Assembly (NCBI GenBank): GCA_963761335.1
Contig: CAVXGR010000005.1
Span: forward strand, 384,001 to 448,000
Source of the DNA: an uncultured delta proteobacterium
GTDB taxonomy: Bacteria; Desulfobacterota; Binatia; HRBIN30; BPIQ01
Length of the DNA stretch: 64,000 nucleotides
Direction: 5' to 3'
A program made the translations under genes and the position numbers. A model generated the notes under the pieces. That model saw only the letters and a program-made list of their open reading frames with translations. It was not told where the DNA came from and made no database searches. This document shows positions 38,164 through 50,217 of this stretch, piece by piece. Within the stretch, counting starts at the first letter, position 1. Every line of letters begins with the position of its first letter.

Positions 38164-39111
38164 TCATCGACAGGTGGCGCGCTCGAGTCCACGTCGCCGC
38201 AGCCATTCGACGGCGCTCGTCTCGGTCTCGCCCTCGAGCTGCAGGCGGAGGATCTCCAGGGCGCCCTCACCGGTTGCGGCCAGAGCCCGGCCGTCGCTCG
38301 CGGTCACGGTCCCGGGTGCCGCCGGCAGGGTGGCGGAGACCGGTCGCGCCTCCCAGACGTACAGGCGCTTGCCATCCCAGCATGTGAAGGCCCCCGGATA
38401 CGGGTGGGTGACGGCGCGTACCAGGTTGTAGATGCGCCGCGCGCTCCAGCTCCAGTCGATCCGGCCGTCCTCGGGGCGCCGCCCACCGAAGTAGGTGGCC
38501 TCCGCTTGGTCCTGCGCCCGGCGCGGCGCCGTCCCGGCGCGCAGGAGTGGATAGGTGTCGCGCAGCAGTGCCGCCGCTGCTGGGGTGAGCTTGCGCGCCA
38601 GGTCGAGAGCGGTGTCGGTCTCGGAGATGGGTACGCGCCGTTGGGCGACGATGTCGCCGCGATCCGGCTTCTCCTCCATGTAGTGCAGGGTGACGCCGGT
38701 CTCGGTCTCTCCGTGGACCAGCACCCAGTTGATCGGGCAGCGACCGCGATAGCGCGGCAGCAGGGATCCGTGCAGGTTGAGCGCCCCCCGGGACGGCAGC
38801 GCCAGAACCTCGCGCGACAGCAGATGACGGTAGTAGAAGGAGAAAAGGAAATCCGGCCGCATCTCGCGGAGTCGCGCAATCCACTCCGGTGTGTTGATCG
38901 ACTCGGGGGTGAAGACCGGCAGGTTGTGGCGGCGTCCCAGCTCGGCGACCGAGCGGAACCACACCTCCTCGCCGGGATCGTCGCGGTGGGTGATGACGGC
39001 GGCAATCGGATCGCCGGTGCGGATCAGCTCTTCGAGACAGGCGCAGCCGATGTCGTGGTAAGCGAACACGATCAGCCGCGGCGCGCCTTCGGAGTTTCCA
39101 GAGGATTGCAT
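38164..39111 (-). CDS. Stand-alone ArnA-type formyltransferase domain
   Basis: VFAYHDIG, FSFYYR, NLHGSLLPRYRGRCPINW, RAVTHPYPGAF. Confidence 0.88.
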   Translation of the reverse strand: MQSSGNSEGAPRLIVFAYHDIGCACLEELIRTGDPIAAVITHRDDPGEEVWFRSVAELGRRHNLPVFTPESINTPEWIARLREMRPDFLFSFYYRHLLSREVLALPSRGALNLHGSLLPRYRGRCPINWVLVHGETETGVTLHYMEEKPDRGDIVAQRRVPISETDTALDLARKLTPAAAALLRDTYPLLRAGTAPRRAQDQAEATYFGGRRPEDGRIDWSWSARRIYNLVRAVTHPYPGAFTCWDGKRLYVWEARPVSATLPAAPGTVTASDGRALAATGEGALEILRLQLEGETETSAVEWLRRRGLERATCR

Positions 39112-39191
39112 GTGTGGGGAGTGGCCGCTGTGGCGGGAGTTGCGCCCCGTGTGCCACACGCGGAGTTGTGATGCAATATCCTGCGGGGCCA

Positions 39192-39245
39192 AGGGAGAAG
39201 CGGCGTTTCGCGGCTTCCGGAAGCGCCGAGACGGCGCTTCTCCCT
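39192..39245. repeat. Solo diverged copy of the REP doublet of the 28.5-29.0 kb array, reverse orientation
   Basis: AGGGAGAAGCGGCGTTTCGCGGCTTCCGGAAGCGCCGAGACGGCGCTTCTCCCT aligns to the reverse complement of the array unit. Confidence 0.75.
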
Positions 39246-39323
39246 ATTCTCTCTTTGGGGCTCGCGAAAACACCGTGTTGCCGCTCCGCGCCTCCCGTGT
39301 TAGCCGAAGCCCAGGAAGCGGAC

Positions 39324-41459
39324 GTGAGCGAGCGAGCGGCGCTGCGAACTCTGGCGGAGGAGATGGGAATCCTGCCGTCGTATGTGGATACGGGTGGCCG
39401 GGAGCGCCACACCAGCGACTCCACGCGCGAGGCTCTCCTGCGCGCCATGGGAGTGGAGGCCGCGACCGAGGAAGAAGCGAGGGCCGCCCTGCGGGCGATT
39501 GCGCGGCAGAAGAGGGAGCAGCTGCTGGCGCCGACGCGGGTGATTCGCGATCCCGCTCCCCGCACTCTCGCCGTCCACGCCGGCGGTGCGAAGCGACTCC
39601 TGCCCTGGGAGCTCGAGCTGGTCGACGAGAGCGGTGTATCGCGGCGGAGCGACGGGGTCGCCGAGGTTTCCGACAGCGGCGAGGCGCCGATCGCGCTCCC
39701 GGAGTGCGGCAGCGGCTATCATCGGCTGCACTTGCGGCTGCGCGATGGAGACGAGGAGCGAGGCGCGGAGCAGCAGCTGATCGTGGCGCCGCGTTCCTGC
39801 CTGACCCCCGAGGAACGGCTGGACGGCCGCCGCGTCTTCGGTCTCTGCGTGAACCTCTACACGCTGCTCAGCCAGCGCAACTGGGGCGTCGGCGACCTCA
39901 CCGACTTGCGCGATCTGCTCGCCTGGAGTGCGGAGATCGGCGCCGAATTCGTCGGCCTCAATCCGCTGCACGCGCTGCGCAACCGCGGCGACCAGATCAG
40001 TCCATACAGCCCGGTGAGCCGCCTGTTCCGCAACCCGATCTATGTCGACGTGGAGGCGGTGCCGGAGCTCGTCGATTGCCCGCACGCACGCACTCTCCTC
40101 GGCAGTGCGGTCTTTGGCGAGCGACTCGCCGCGGCGCGCGCCACCACGCACGTGGACTACCAGCAGGTGATGGAGCTGAAGACGCCGGTTCTCGCCGCTC
40201 TGCACCGCTGCTTTGCCTCCCGGCGCGGCCAGGCCGACAGCGAGCGCGGCCGCGCCTACGACCGCTATCTCGCCGCCCAGGGCCGCAGACTGACCGATTT
40301 CGCCACCTTCATGGCCCTCTCGGAGGCGTTCGCCGAGTCCTCGACCGGCAGCGACTGGCTGTCCTGGCCGGAGGCCTATCGCCGCGCCGATTCCCCCGAG
40401 GTGAAGGCCTTCCGCGAAGCCCACGGCGAGCAGGTGGACTTCCATCGCTGGGTCCAGTTCGAGATCGATCGCCAGCTCTCCCTGGTCGGCGCCGAGGCGG
40501 CGCAGCGCGGCATGGCGTTGGGCATGTATCAGGACCTGGCTCTGGGCTCGGCACTGGGTGGCAGCGATCCGTGGTCATTCCCCGGCTTGTTTCTCGAGGG
40601 CGTCGACATCGGCGCTCCTCCGGACCCGTACGCCGCGACCGGGCAGAACTGGGCCTTGCCGCCGATGCATCCGCGTCGCCTCGCCGAGGACGGCTACGCC
40701 TACTGGATTGCGCTGCTGCGCGGCGCCCTGTCGCACTCGGGGGCGCTGCGCATCGACCACGTCATGGGTCTCTTCCGGCAGTTCTGGATTCCCGCGGGCC
40801 GGCCGGGGAACGAAGGCGCCTACGTGCGTTTCCCCGCCGAGGATCTGCTCGGCATCCTGGCTCTGGAGAGCCGCCGTGCCGGCGCTCTGGCGGTCGGCGA
40901 GGATCTGGGCACCGTGCCCGAGGGATTGCCGCAGGTGCTGGCTGACTGGGGGATCCTCTCATCGAAGGTTCTCTACTTCGAGCAGACCGATGGCCCGCGC
41001 TTTCGCCCGTCTTCGGAGTATCCGGCGCGGGCTCTGGTGACCGTCAACACGCACGACCTGCCGCCGCTGCTCGGCTACTGGCATGGGCGCGACCTCGAGC
41101 TGCGGCACGATGCCGGCTTGACGGCCGGGACGGATCTCGGCGAGGCGCAGCGCCACCGCGCGCGCGAGCGCCGCGCCCTGCTCGAGCGGCTGGCGGCGGA
41201 AGGCGCTCTGCCCAGCGCCGAAGAGCCATCCTTGCCGGCGGAGCTGTGCAGCGCCGTGCATCACTTCCTCTGCGGCACCGCCGCGGCGCTCGTCGGCCTG
41301 TCGCTCGACGACCTGGTGGGCGAGGAGGAGCCGGTGAATCTGCCCGGCGCACGCCTGGAGAGCTATCCCAGCTGGAGCCGCCGCCTGCGCCTGCCGCTGG
41401 AGCGCCTGCCGACCGACCCCTTCGTGCGCCGCGCGCTGGTGGGCACCGAGCGCTCGTGA
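39324..41459 (+). CDS. malQ: 4-alpha-glucanotransferase (amylomaltase)
   Basis: WGVGD, GLNPLH, SPYSP, GAPPD, LRIDHVMG, GEDLG, THDLP. Confidence 0.93.
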   Translation: MSERAALRTLAEEMGILPSYVDTGGRERHTSDSTREALLRAMGVEAATEEEARAALRAIARQKREQLLAPTRVIRDPAPRTLAVHAGGAKRLLPWELELVDESGVSRRSDGVAEVSDSGEAPIALPECGSGYHRLHLRLRDGDEERGAEQQLIVAPRSCLTPEERLDGRRVFGLCVNLYTLLSQRNWGVGDLTDLRDLLAWSAEIGAEFVGLNPLHALRNRGDQISPYSPVSRLFRNPIYVDVEAVPELVDCPHARTLLGSAVFGERLAAARATTHVDYQQVMELKTPVLAALHRCFASRRGQADSERGRAYDRYLAAQGRRLTDFATFMALSEAFAESSTGSDWLSWPEAYRRADSPEVKAFREAHGEQVDFHRWVQFEIDRQLSLVGAEAAQRGMALGMYQDLALGSALGGSDPWSFPGLFLEGVDIGAPPDPYAATGQNWALPPMHPRRLAEDGYAYWIALLRGALSHSGALRIDHVMGLFRQFWIPAGRPGNEGAYVRFPAEDLLGILALESRRAGALAVGEDLGTVPEGLPQVLADWGILSSKVLYFEQTDGPRFRPSSEYPARALVTVNTHDLPPLLGYWHGRDLELRHDAGLTAGTDLGEAQRHRARERRALLERLAAEGALPSAEEPSLPAELCSAVHHFLCGTAAALVGLSLDDLVGEEEPVNLPGARLESYPSWSRRLRLPLERLPTDPFVRRALVGTERS

Positions 41460-41520
41460 GGCGCGTTTGAGCCGGCGGCGGCGAGTGCTATCTTTCTCCG
41501 CGCGCGTCCGGATCCCGTAA

Positions 41521-42738
41521 ATGCACATCGTCGACTGGCTACCCGATATTCGCATTGCCGACATCTTCGACATCCTGCTGGTCACCATCATGGTGTACGC
41601 GGCGGCGGTGTGGATTCGCCGCACCCAGGCCGCCTTCGTCGCCATCGGCCTCCTCATCCTCGCCGTCGTCTACGTCGCCGTGCGGGCTCTCGACCTGCGC
41701 CTGATGGCGTGGATCTTCCAGGGCTTCTTCGCCGTCTTCCTGGTCGTCATCGTGGTCATCTTCCAGGAGGAGCTGCGGCAGCTGTTCGAGCGCCTGGCGG
41801 TGTGGAGCCTGCGGCGGCGTCACGCGGTGGCGCCGCCCTTCGACCCGGTGAACATCCTGGTGCGCTGCTGCGCCGATTTCACCCGTGACCGCATCGGCGC
41901 CCTCATCGTGATTCCCGGCAAGCAGCCCATCCTGCGGCACATCCAGGGCGGCATCGAGCTGCAGGGCCGCCTGAGCGAGCCCCTCCTGAAGAGCATCTTC
42001 GATCCGCACTCCGCCGGCCACGACGGCGCCGTGATCCTCGAAGGAGATCGAGTCACCCGCTTCGCCTGCCACCTGCCTCTGTCGAAGGACTTCCAACAGC
42101 TGTCGCGCTACGGCACGCGGCACAGTGCGGCGCTCGGGCTCGCCGAGCTGACCGACGCCCTCACAGTGGTGGTGTCGGAGGAGCGCGGGCAGATCTCCAT
42201 CGCGCGCGATGCCCGGCTGCGCCCGATGAAGGATACCCACGAGCTCGGTATCGAGCTCGACCGCTTCATCCGCGCCACCCAGGGGGGGGCACCCAACCCG
42301 CGGCACACCGCTTGGCGCCTGCTGCGCGAGAACTGGGTCGAGAAGCTGGTGTCGTTCGCCTTCGTGGTCACCCTCTGGTACCTGTTCGTGCCCGGCTCTC
42401 GTCCGGAGACGGTCACCTACTCGGTCCCGGTGTCGGTCACCAACCTCCCCGCGGATATGCACCTCGACGCGGTGGAGCCGGCCGAGGTGAGCGCCACCTT
42501 CTCCGGGCCGCGCCGCTCGTTCTATCTGTTCGGCCGCGAGCGCTTGCGGGTCACCGTGGACGCCTCGATGGCGCAGCTCGGGCGCCGCACCTTCGAGATT
42601 CCCGAGCAAGCGGTGCGGCATCCCCCGGAGGTGACCCTGGAGGACATATCGCCGGACAAGGTGCGCATCTCGGTGAGCACCCATCCGCCCACACCGGTAC
42701 CGACGGCCAATGGCGGCAACGGCAAGAAGACGCCGTGA
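41521..42738 (+). CDS. cdaA: Membrane diadenylate cyclase with a fused YbbR-like domain
   Basis: Three N-terminal transmembrane helices, IFQEELR, HDGAV, GTRHSAA, VSEERG; a further helix and YbbR-like C-terminus. Confidence 0.85.
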   Translation: MHIVDWLPDIRIADIFDILLVTIMVYAAAVWIRRTQAAFVAIGLLILAVVYVAVRALDLRLMAWIFQGFFAVFLVVIVVIFQEELRQLFERLAVWSLRRRHAVAPPFDPVNILVRCCADFTRDRIGALIVIPGKQPILRHIQGGIELQGRLSEPLLKSIFDPHSAGHDGAVILEGDRVTRFACHLPLSKDFQQLSRYGTRHSAALGLAELTDALTVVVSEERGQISIARDARLRPMKDTHELGIELDRFIRATQGGAPNPRHTAWRLLRENWVEKLVSFAFVVTLWYLFVPGSRPETVTYSVPVSVTNLPADMHLDAVEPAEVSATFSGPRRSFYLFGRERLRVTVDASMAQLGRRTFEIPEQAVRHPPEVTLEDISPDKVRISVSTHPPTPVPTANGGNGKKTP

Positions 42739-42754
42739 CTCGTCCGCCGCCGGG

Positions 42755-44410
42755 GTGGTGCGGCGTGCGCTGCAGGTCGCGCGGCTTGCCTGGACGAAGC
42801 TCCTTCTGCCCCGGGTGCTGCGGCGTCCGGCGCCGCCGCGCGCCGAGCGCCTGCAGCAGGCGCTCGAGGAGCTGGGCGGGACCTGGGTGAAGCTCGGCCA
42901 GGCCCTGGCTCTGCGCTTCGACATTCTTCCCGCCGACTACTGCCTGCAGCTCTTCCAGCTCCTCAACCAGGTGCGGCCCTTTTCCACGGATGAGGTGCGG
43001 GGCATTCTCGAGCGGGAGCTGGGGCAGCCGGTGGAGTCGCTGTTCCGCTCCTTCGACTGGCGGCCTCTGGCGGCGGCGTCCATCGGCCAGGTGCACCGCG
43101 CCGAGCTGTTCGACGGCACGCAGGTCGCCGTCAAGGTGCAGCGGCCGGGAATTCGCCAGCTGGTGGCCGCCGACCTGCGGCTGATGCGGTGGCTTGCCGC
43201 CCTTCTCGACACCCTGTCGCTCTTCGGGCGCACGCGCGCCCGCGAGGTGGTCCGCGAGTTTGCCCGATGGACGGAGGAGGAGCTCGACTACCGCATCGAG
43301 GCGCGCCACGCCTCGGTTCTTCGCAGCAACGCCGGCGGCGATCCCCTCGAGGTGAACCCGCGCGTGCATGCGGCGGCGACCACGGAAAAGGTGCTGACCC
43401 TCGACTATGTCGACGGCATTCCGGTGATCGACATCGTCACCGCCATGCGCAACCAGGACGCGGCGTTTCTCGAGGCGCTCGCCGCCGCCGGCCACGATCC
43501 CCGGCGCATCGCCAGCCACATCGTGTGGAATGCGCTCAACCAGATCTACCGCTTCGGCTATTTCCACGCCGATCCGCATCCGGCCAATCTGCTCGTCCTT
43601 CCCGGCGACGCCATCGGCTATGTCGACTTCGGCATCATTGGAAAGCTGGACGACGAGACGACCGACGTCCTGCGCTACTTCGCGCAGAGCCTGTTCGCCG
43701 GGCACACCGGCAAGGCGGTGGACGAGTTCATGCGCTTTCTGACGCCTTCCCCGCGCACCGACGTCGCGGCGGCGCGCCGGGACCTCATCGAAGCGATGAA
43801 GAGCTACGTCGAGAGCGCCCGCGTCGGTCCTGCTGGGAGCGCCTTCTCCGAGGACATCTTCGAGATCGAGATGCTCGCCATCGTCCGCCAGCACTCCATG
43901 GCGCTGGCGCCCGAAGCGGTGCGCTATCTCAAGGCGGTGCTGACGGCGGAGGCCATGGTCAAGGAGCTCGATCCGGAGTTCGATCTGCGCGCCCACGAGA
44001 ACCGATTCTTCGGGCGTCTGATGCAGATGGAGTTCGGCGAGCGGCTGAGCCCCGGCCGCGTCGGGCAGTGGCTCCTCGATGCGCGCTTCCGCGTCGACCG
44101 GCTGCTCGAGTCGGTGGAGAGCTTCGTGGAAGCCCCGGCGCATTTCGCCGCCGTGGCCCAGAAGGTTCGGCGGCGGGTGCAGCTCGTCTCGGTGCTCACC
44201 ATCGTCGGCTGGGTGGCGGTGCTGGCGGCGATGTGGGGCCTTCCGGCGCCCCCAGGGGTGCCCCCAGTCGGGGGCTGGCTGCGCTGGATCGTGCTCGGCG
44301 GCGGAGTGGCGACGCTGGCTCTGCTGGTGTTCTCGATCCTGCAGGTGCGGCACCTCCCCGGTGAGTACCAGGCGGCGCGCCGCGGGCGCTATCCGCGGCG
44401 GCTGCAGTGA
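42755..44410 (+). CDS. ABC1/AarF/UbiB-family atypical kinase
   Basis: LGGTWVKLGQ, AAASIGQVH, VKVQRP, FHADPHPAN, DFG; two C-terminal transmembrane helices. Confidence 0.9.
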   Translation: MVRRALQVARLAWTKLLLPRVLRRPAPPRAERLQQALEELGGTWVKLGQALALRFDILPADYCLQLFQLLNQVRPFSTDEVRGILERELGQPVESLFRSFDWRPLAAASIGQVHRAELFDGTQVAVKVQRPGIRQLVAADLRLMRWLAALLDTLSLFGRTRAREVVREFARWTEEELDYRIEARHASVLRSNAGGDPLEVNPRVHAAATTEKVLTLDYVDGIPVIDIVTAMRNQDAAFLEALAAAGHDPRRIASHIVWNALNQIYRFGYFHADPHPANLLVLPGDAIGYVDFGIIGKLDDETTDVLRYFAQSLFAGHTGKAVDEFMRFLTPSPRTDVAAARRDLIEAMKSYVESARVGPAGSAFSEDIFEIEMLAIVRQHSMALAPEAVRYLKAVLTAEAMVKELDPEFDLRAHENRFFGRLMQMEFGERLSPGRVGQWLLDARFRVDRLLESVESFVEAPAHFAAVAQKVRRRVQLVSVLTIVGWVAVLAAMWGLPAPPGVPPVGGWLRWIVLGGGVATLALLVFSILQVRHLPGEYQAARRGRYPRRLQ

Positions 44411-44556
44411 GAGGGAGAAGAGAATGTAAAATGAAAAACCGGTGATGGAGAATGAAGAGCCGGCTAACGGATGCGCCGGCGAATCATTTTCCGGTTCTCC
44501 ATCACCGGTCACCGGTTTTTCATTTTACATTCTCTTCTCTCTTCCTCTTCTCTCTT
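44410..44556. repeat. AT-rich long inverted repeat between convergent genes, possible bidirectional terminator
   Basis: GAGAAGAGAATGTAAAATGAAAAACCGGTGA is mirrored by TCACCGGTTTTTCATTTTACATTCTCTTCTC. Confidence 0.85.
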
Positions 44557-44579
44557 CGGCTTGGCGCGCTGCCAGGGCG

Positions 44580-45260
44580 TCAGAAACGAATGCGCCGCCG
44601 CCGCGGCTCCTGGTAGAACTCCTCCTCGAAGGCGCGGCCGGCGCGGACGAAGTAGGACCAGAGGGCGAGCGGGGCGCGGGTCAGCGAGTAGAGAGTGCCC
44701 TTGCCGGCGAGCTCGGCCTCGCGCAGAAAGCGCCGGGCACTCTCGGGGAGCTCGGCTTCGATTGCTGCGGAGGGCCGCTCGATCAGCTCGGCGAGCAGGC
44801 CCGCCGCCTGCCGGCGTGCCCACTCCTGCCTCTCTTCCTCGGTCGGGCCGGCGAGCCACTGCTGGCGCCGCAGCGTCTCGCGGGCGGCCCAGGCGTCGGT
44901 CTCCTCGTCGCTCGGCGGCGGCGAGGGCTCGAGGGATTCAGCACTGGCGCGCAGGCGGGCGCGCTGCGCCCACTCGCGCTTCTCCGCGGCGCTCGGGGCG
45001 GAGAGCCATGCTTGGCGGCGGTGCTGCTCGCGCTCGGCCCAGACGCGGATCTCTTCCGGTGACGGCCCGAGGCGCGACTCTTCCAGGCCCAGGAGGGCGC
45101 GCCGCCGGTAGCGCCGCGCCCAGGCCTGCTTCTCTTCTTCCGTGGGACCCGCGGCCCACGCCTGTCGCCGCTGGTGCTCGCGGTTCGCCCAGGCCTCGAT
45201 TTCCTCGGCCGTGGGCTCCAGGGTTCGATTTCGCGGATCGATGTCCGGCTCGGCATTCAT
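44580..45260 (-). CDS. Hypothetical protein with three Trp-rich internal repeats
   Basis: Three copies of P(T/S)xEExxxWAxRExxRRQxWxxxP(T/S)xxE(K/R)xxWAxR; GGAGG ribosome-binding site. Confidence 0.75.
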   Translation of the reverse strand: MNAEPDIDPRNRTLEPTAEEIEAWANREHQRRQAWAAGPTEEEKQAWARRYRRRALLGLEESRLGPSPEEIRVWAEREQHRRQAWLSAPSAAEKREWAQRARLRASAESLEPSPPPSDEETDAWAARETLRRQQWLAGPTEEERQEWARRQAAGLLAELIERPSAAIEAELPESARRFLREAELAGKGTLYSLTRAPLALWSYFVRAGRAFEEEFYQEPRRRRIRF

Positions 45261-45454
45261 GGACTGACCTCCAAGGCTTCCAAATTCCGCCCCTATTCTT
45301 CTTATCGCAAAGTGCCCCCGCCTTCGAGTCGGCGGCCGCGTGCGGCCGGCGGTTTGCATGCTCGCTCTGCGATGATACGGTGAAAGCGTTCTCCGCGCCG
45401 ACCTCGCCGCCTGCGGATGGATGGATCGCCTGCGCGGTTGTGCGTGGCGACGAG

Positions 45455-47683
<2,229 letters not shown>

Positions 47684-47754
47684 GCGCGCACGCCATCGTC
47701 AAGTTGAAATCCCGGAGGAGAGGCGTATAAGAGTCACGGGTTTTTGGGGTGGTG

Positions 47755-48603
47755 ATGACGGGGAGGGAAGCGAGCTTCGGAACCCGGGACGCTGTCCGCG
47801 CCACGGGTCTCTCGCCGGCGCGTATTCGCTATTGCGTGCGCACCGGGCTCATCTCGCCGCCGGAGAGGCGCGAACGGCGCTATCGTTACGGCTTCGACGA
47901 TCTGCTTCTCTTGAAGGCGACCAAGCGCCTGCTCGATGCCGGCGTGCCGCTGCGGCGCATCCGGCGCGCCTATTCGTTTCTGCGGGGCGACGGGCGAGGG
48001 CGCCGGCGGCTCACCGAGCTGGCGTTCGATTCGCTGGCGCGCGACATCGTCGTCGCCCGCGGTGGAACGCGCTGGCGCGCCGATTCGGGGCAGCTGATGC
48101 TGCGCTTCGAGGCGCCGCCGCCGTCGGCCGCCGCCGTCGTTCAGCCCCTGCCGAAGCGGCCGGAGCCGCCGCAGCTGAGCGCCGACGAGTGGTACGACCT
48201 CGGCGTCGAGCTCGAGGCCAGCTCGACCGCCGACGCCATGGAGACCTATCGCCGCGCTCTCGAGGTCGATCCGCAGCTCATGGAGGCCCACATCAACCTC
48301 GGCCGCCTGCTGCACATCGCCGGCGACCGCGAAGGGGCGCTGGATCACTACACGCGCGCTTTGCAGCTGGAGCCGAGCGATGCGATCCCGGCCTTCAACA
48401 TCGGCGTGGTGCTCGAGGATCTGGAGCGCACCGAGGAAGCGCTGGCCATGTACCTGGAGGCCTTGCGGCGCGATCCGGCGCTGCCCGACGTCCACTACAA
48501 CCTGGCGCTCCTCTACGAGCGCCGCGGCCGCCGCTGGGAAGCGCTCAAGCATCTGCGCAGCTACAAGCGGCTGATGGAGTCGCTGACGGGGGGAATGCAG
48601 TGA
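47755..48603 (+). CDS. MerR-like HTH plus TPR protein
   Basis: N-terminal RIRYCVRTGLI...YRYGFDDL; SGQLMLRF linker; TPR units (AHINLG, AFNIG, VHYNLA). Confidence 0.8.
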   Translation: MTGREASFGTRDAVRATGLSPARIRYCVRTGLISPPERRERRYRYGFDDLLLLKATKRLLDAGVPLRRIRRAYSFLRGDGRGRRRLTELAFDSLARDIVVARGGTRWRADSGQLMLRFEAPPPSAAAVVQPLPKRPEPPQLSADEWYDLGVELEASSTADAMETYRRALEVDPQLMEAHINLGRLLHIAGDREGALDHYTRALQLEPSDAIPAFNIGVVLEDLERTEEALAMYLEALRRDPALPDVHYNLALLYERRGRRWEALKHLRSYKRLMESLTGGMQ

Positions 48604-50195
48604 GACTGGGCGGCGGCCGGCCCCGGGCGTTCGCACCGATGCCGTTCCTGGCCGTCGCCACTCTTCTCTGTGCCGTTGCCCTCGGTGCCGCCGCCGTCGC
48701 CGCCACCCCGCAGGAGTCGCTCGATCTCGCCGGGGAGCGGGCCCAGCTCTTGCAGCGCATCCGGGAGTCGCCGCGAGACGCCGAGGCCTTCGCGGCACTC
48801 GCCACCTGGCTGTTCCGCGCCGGCGACCTGCCGCGCGCCGCAGCCGCCGCCGCCGAGGCGGCGCGGCTCGATCCCGACGTCGCTCGCTATCAGCGTCTGC
48901 TCGGCTATCTGCGCGCCGCCGGGGGCGCCGATCGCGAGGCGGAGGCGGCTTTTCGGCGGGCGGCGCGGCTGGACCCGAGCGCCCGTGTATCGCTCGCCGA
49001 CTTCCACATCGCCCGCGCCTGGGCCGAGTACCAGGAAGCGCTCCGCCACGGCACTCCCGATCCCGCCGTCGAGGAGCGCCTGCGCGGGCTTGCCGCGGTC
49101 GCCGAGCTCAGCCCGGAGCTGAAGGCGCTGGTGCGCTCGAGCTGGGACGACGAGCCGGGGGAGGTCGCCGACAGCGTCCCTCCGATCGCCCTCGGCGATT
49201 CCGTCGATTACGCCCTGGTGGTCGAGAAGCGCACGCAGACCTTGCGTCTCTACGGCCGCCAGGATGGCGAGCTGGTCCTGCTGCACACCTATCCCTGCAC
49301 CTCGGGGGAGGAGCCGGGGGCCAAGCAGCGGCGCGGCGACCGGCGCACGCCGGATGGCGTCTACGTCACTACCGACCTGCTTCCGGGCGACGCGCTTCCC
49401 GATCTCTACGGAGCCCTGGCGATGCCGTTGAGCTATCCCAACGCCTGGGACCGGCTCCAGCGCCGCGATGGCTACGGCATATGGCTGCACGGCTCCGACC
49501 GCCTCAGCTCGCCATTCAACCCCCGCGAGACGCGCGGCTGCATCATCGTGCGCAACGAGGATCTGATCGCTCTGGCGCGTATCCTGGCGCCGCAGGTGAC
49601 GCCGGTGCTGATCGCCGAGGAGATCGCCTACCGCCCCAAGGCGGAGTGGAAGGCCGCTGTGCAGGCGGCGCTGCAGCACGACAACGCCGGCGAATGGCTG
49701 GCGGTGGTGGCCACCGCCGACTACACGGTGGTCATGCGGCGCGACGCCGACGGCGGCGTGGTGCGCGATTTCCTGCGGCCGCAGGATGGCTGGCGCGCCG
49801 TCGCCAGCGAGAGAAGCCCGGTGCCCAGCGCCGAGAAATGGAACGAGAAGATCGCCGGCGTGCTGCCGCAGACCACCGGCGCTCTGCTGCGCGTCAGCAT
49901 CCGCGACGGCGGCGAGCCGCCGGCGGTGATCATCGAGACCAGCAACGAGGCGCGCGTGCGCGGCTTCCGCCCGGAGACGGGCGAGGTGGTTCTCGACCTC
50001 GCCGGGGTGCGCCCGGCACCGATGCCGGCGCGGCTGGAGGGCAACGGTCCCTGGGTGAAGGAGGTTCGGGTCACGGCGACGCAGATCGATCCGCCGTCGA
50101 CGCGCGTGGTGATCGATCTGGAGCGCGCTGCCGATTACCGCATTTCGACCGAGGGGACACGCACGGTGGTGTCGCTGCTCGCCGAACGGGGCTGA
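48600..50195 (+). CDS. L,D-transpeptidase-family protein with TPR N-terminus and AMIN-like C-terminus
   Basis: GDRRTPDGVY, LSYPNAWD, GIWLHG...TRGCI; C-terminal TRVVIDL. Confidence 0.82.
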   Translation: MRLGGGRPRAFAPMPFLAVATLLCAVALGAAAVAATPQESLDLAGERAQLLQRIRESPRDAEAFAALATWLFRAGDLPRAAAAAAEAARLDPDVARYQRLLGYLRAAGGADREAEAAFRRAARLDPSARVSLADFHIARAWAEYQEALRHGTPDPAVEERLRGLAAVAELSPELKALVRSSWDDEPGEVADSVPPIALGDSVDYALVVEKRTQTLRLYGRQDGELVLLHTYPCTSGEEPGAKQRRGDRRTPDGVYVTTDLLPGDALPDLYGALAMPLSYPNAWDRLQRRDGYGIWLHGSDRLSSPFNPRETRGCIIVRNEDLIALARILAPQVTPVLIAEEIAYRPKAEWKAAVQAALQHDNAGEWLAVVATADYTVVMRRDADGGVVRDFLRPQDGWRAVASERSPVPSAEKWNEKIAGVLPQTTGALLRVSIRDGGEPPAVIIETSNEARVRGFRPETGEVVLDLAGVRPAPMPARLEGNGPWVKEVRVTATQIDPPSTRVVIDLERAADYRISTEGTRTVVSLLAERG

Positions 50196-50217
50196 GCGGA
50201 ACGCGAAGAGGAGGAGG

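Noticed and set aside
44471..45454. N-terminal extension of the otsAB ORF, and similar extensions on cytochrome b, coxA, arnT, the L,D-transpeptidase, the dehydrogenase and ABC-F
   Set aside because: The extensions are Arg/Pro/Gly-rich, overlap other genes or repeats, and better downstream starts exist
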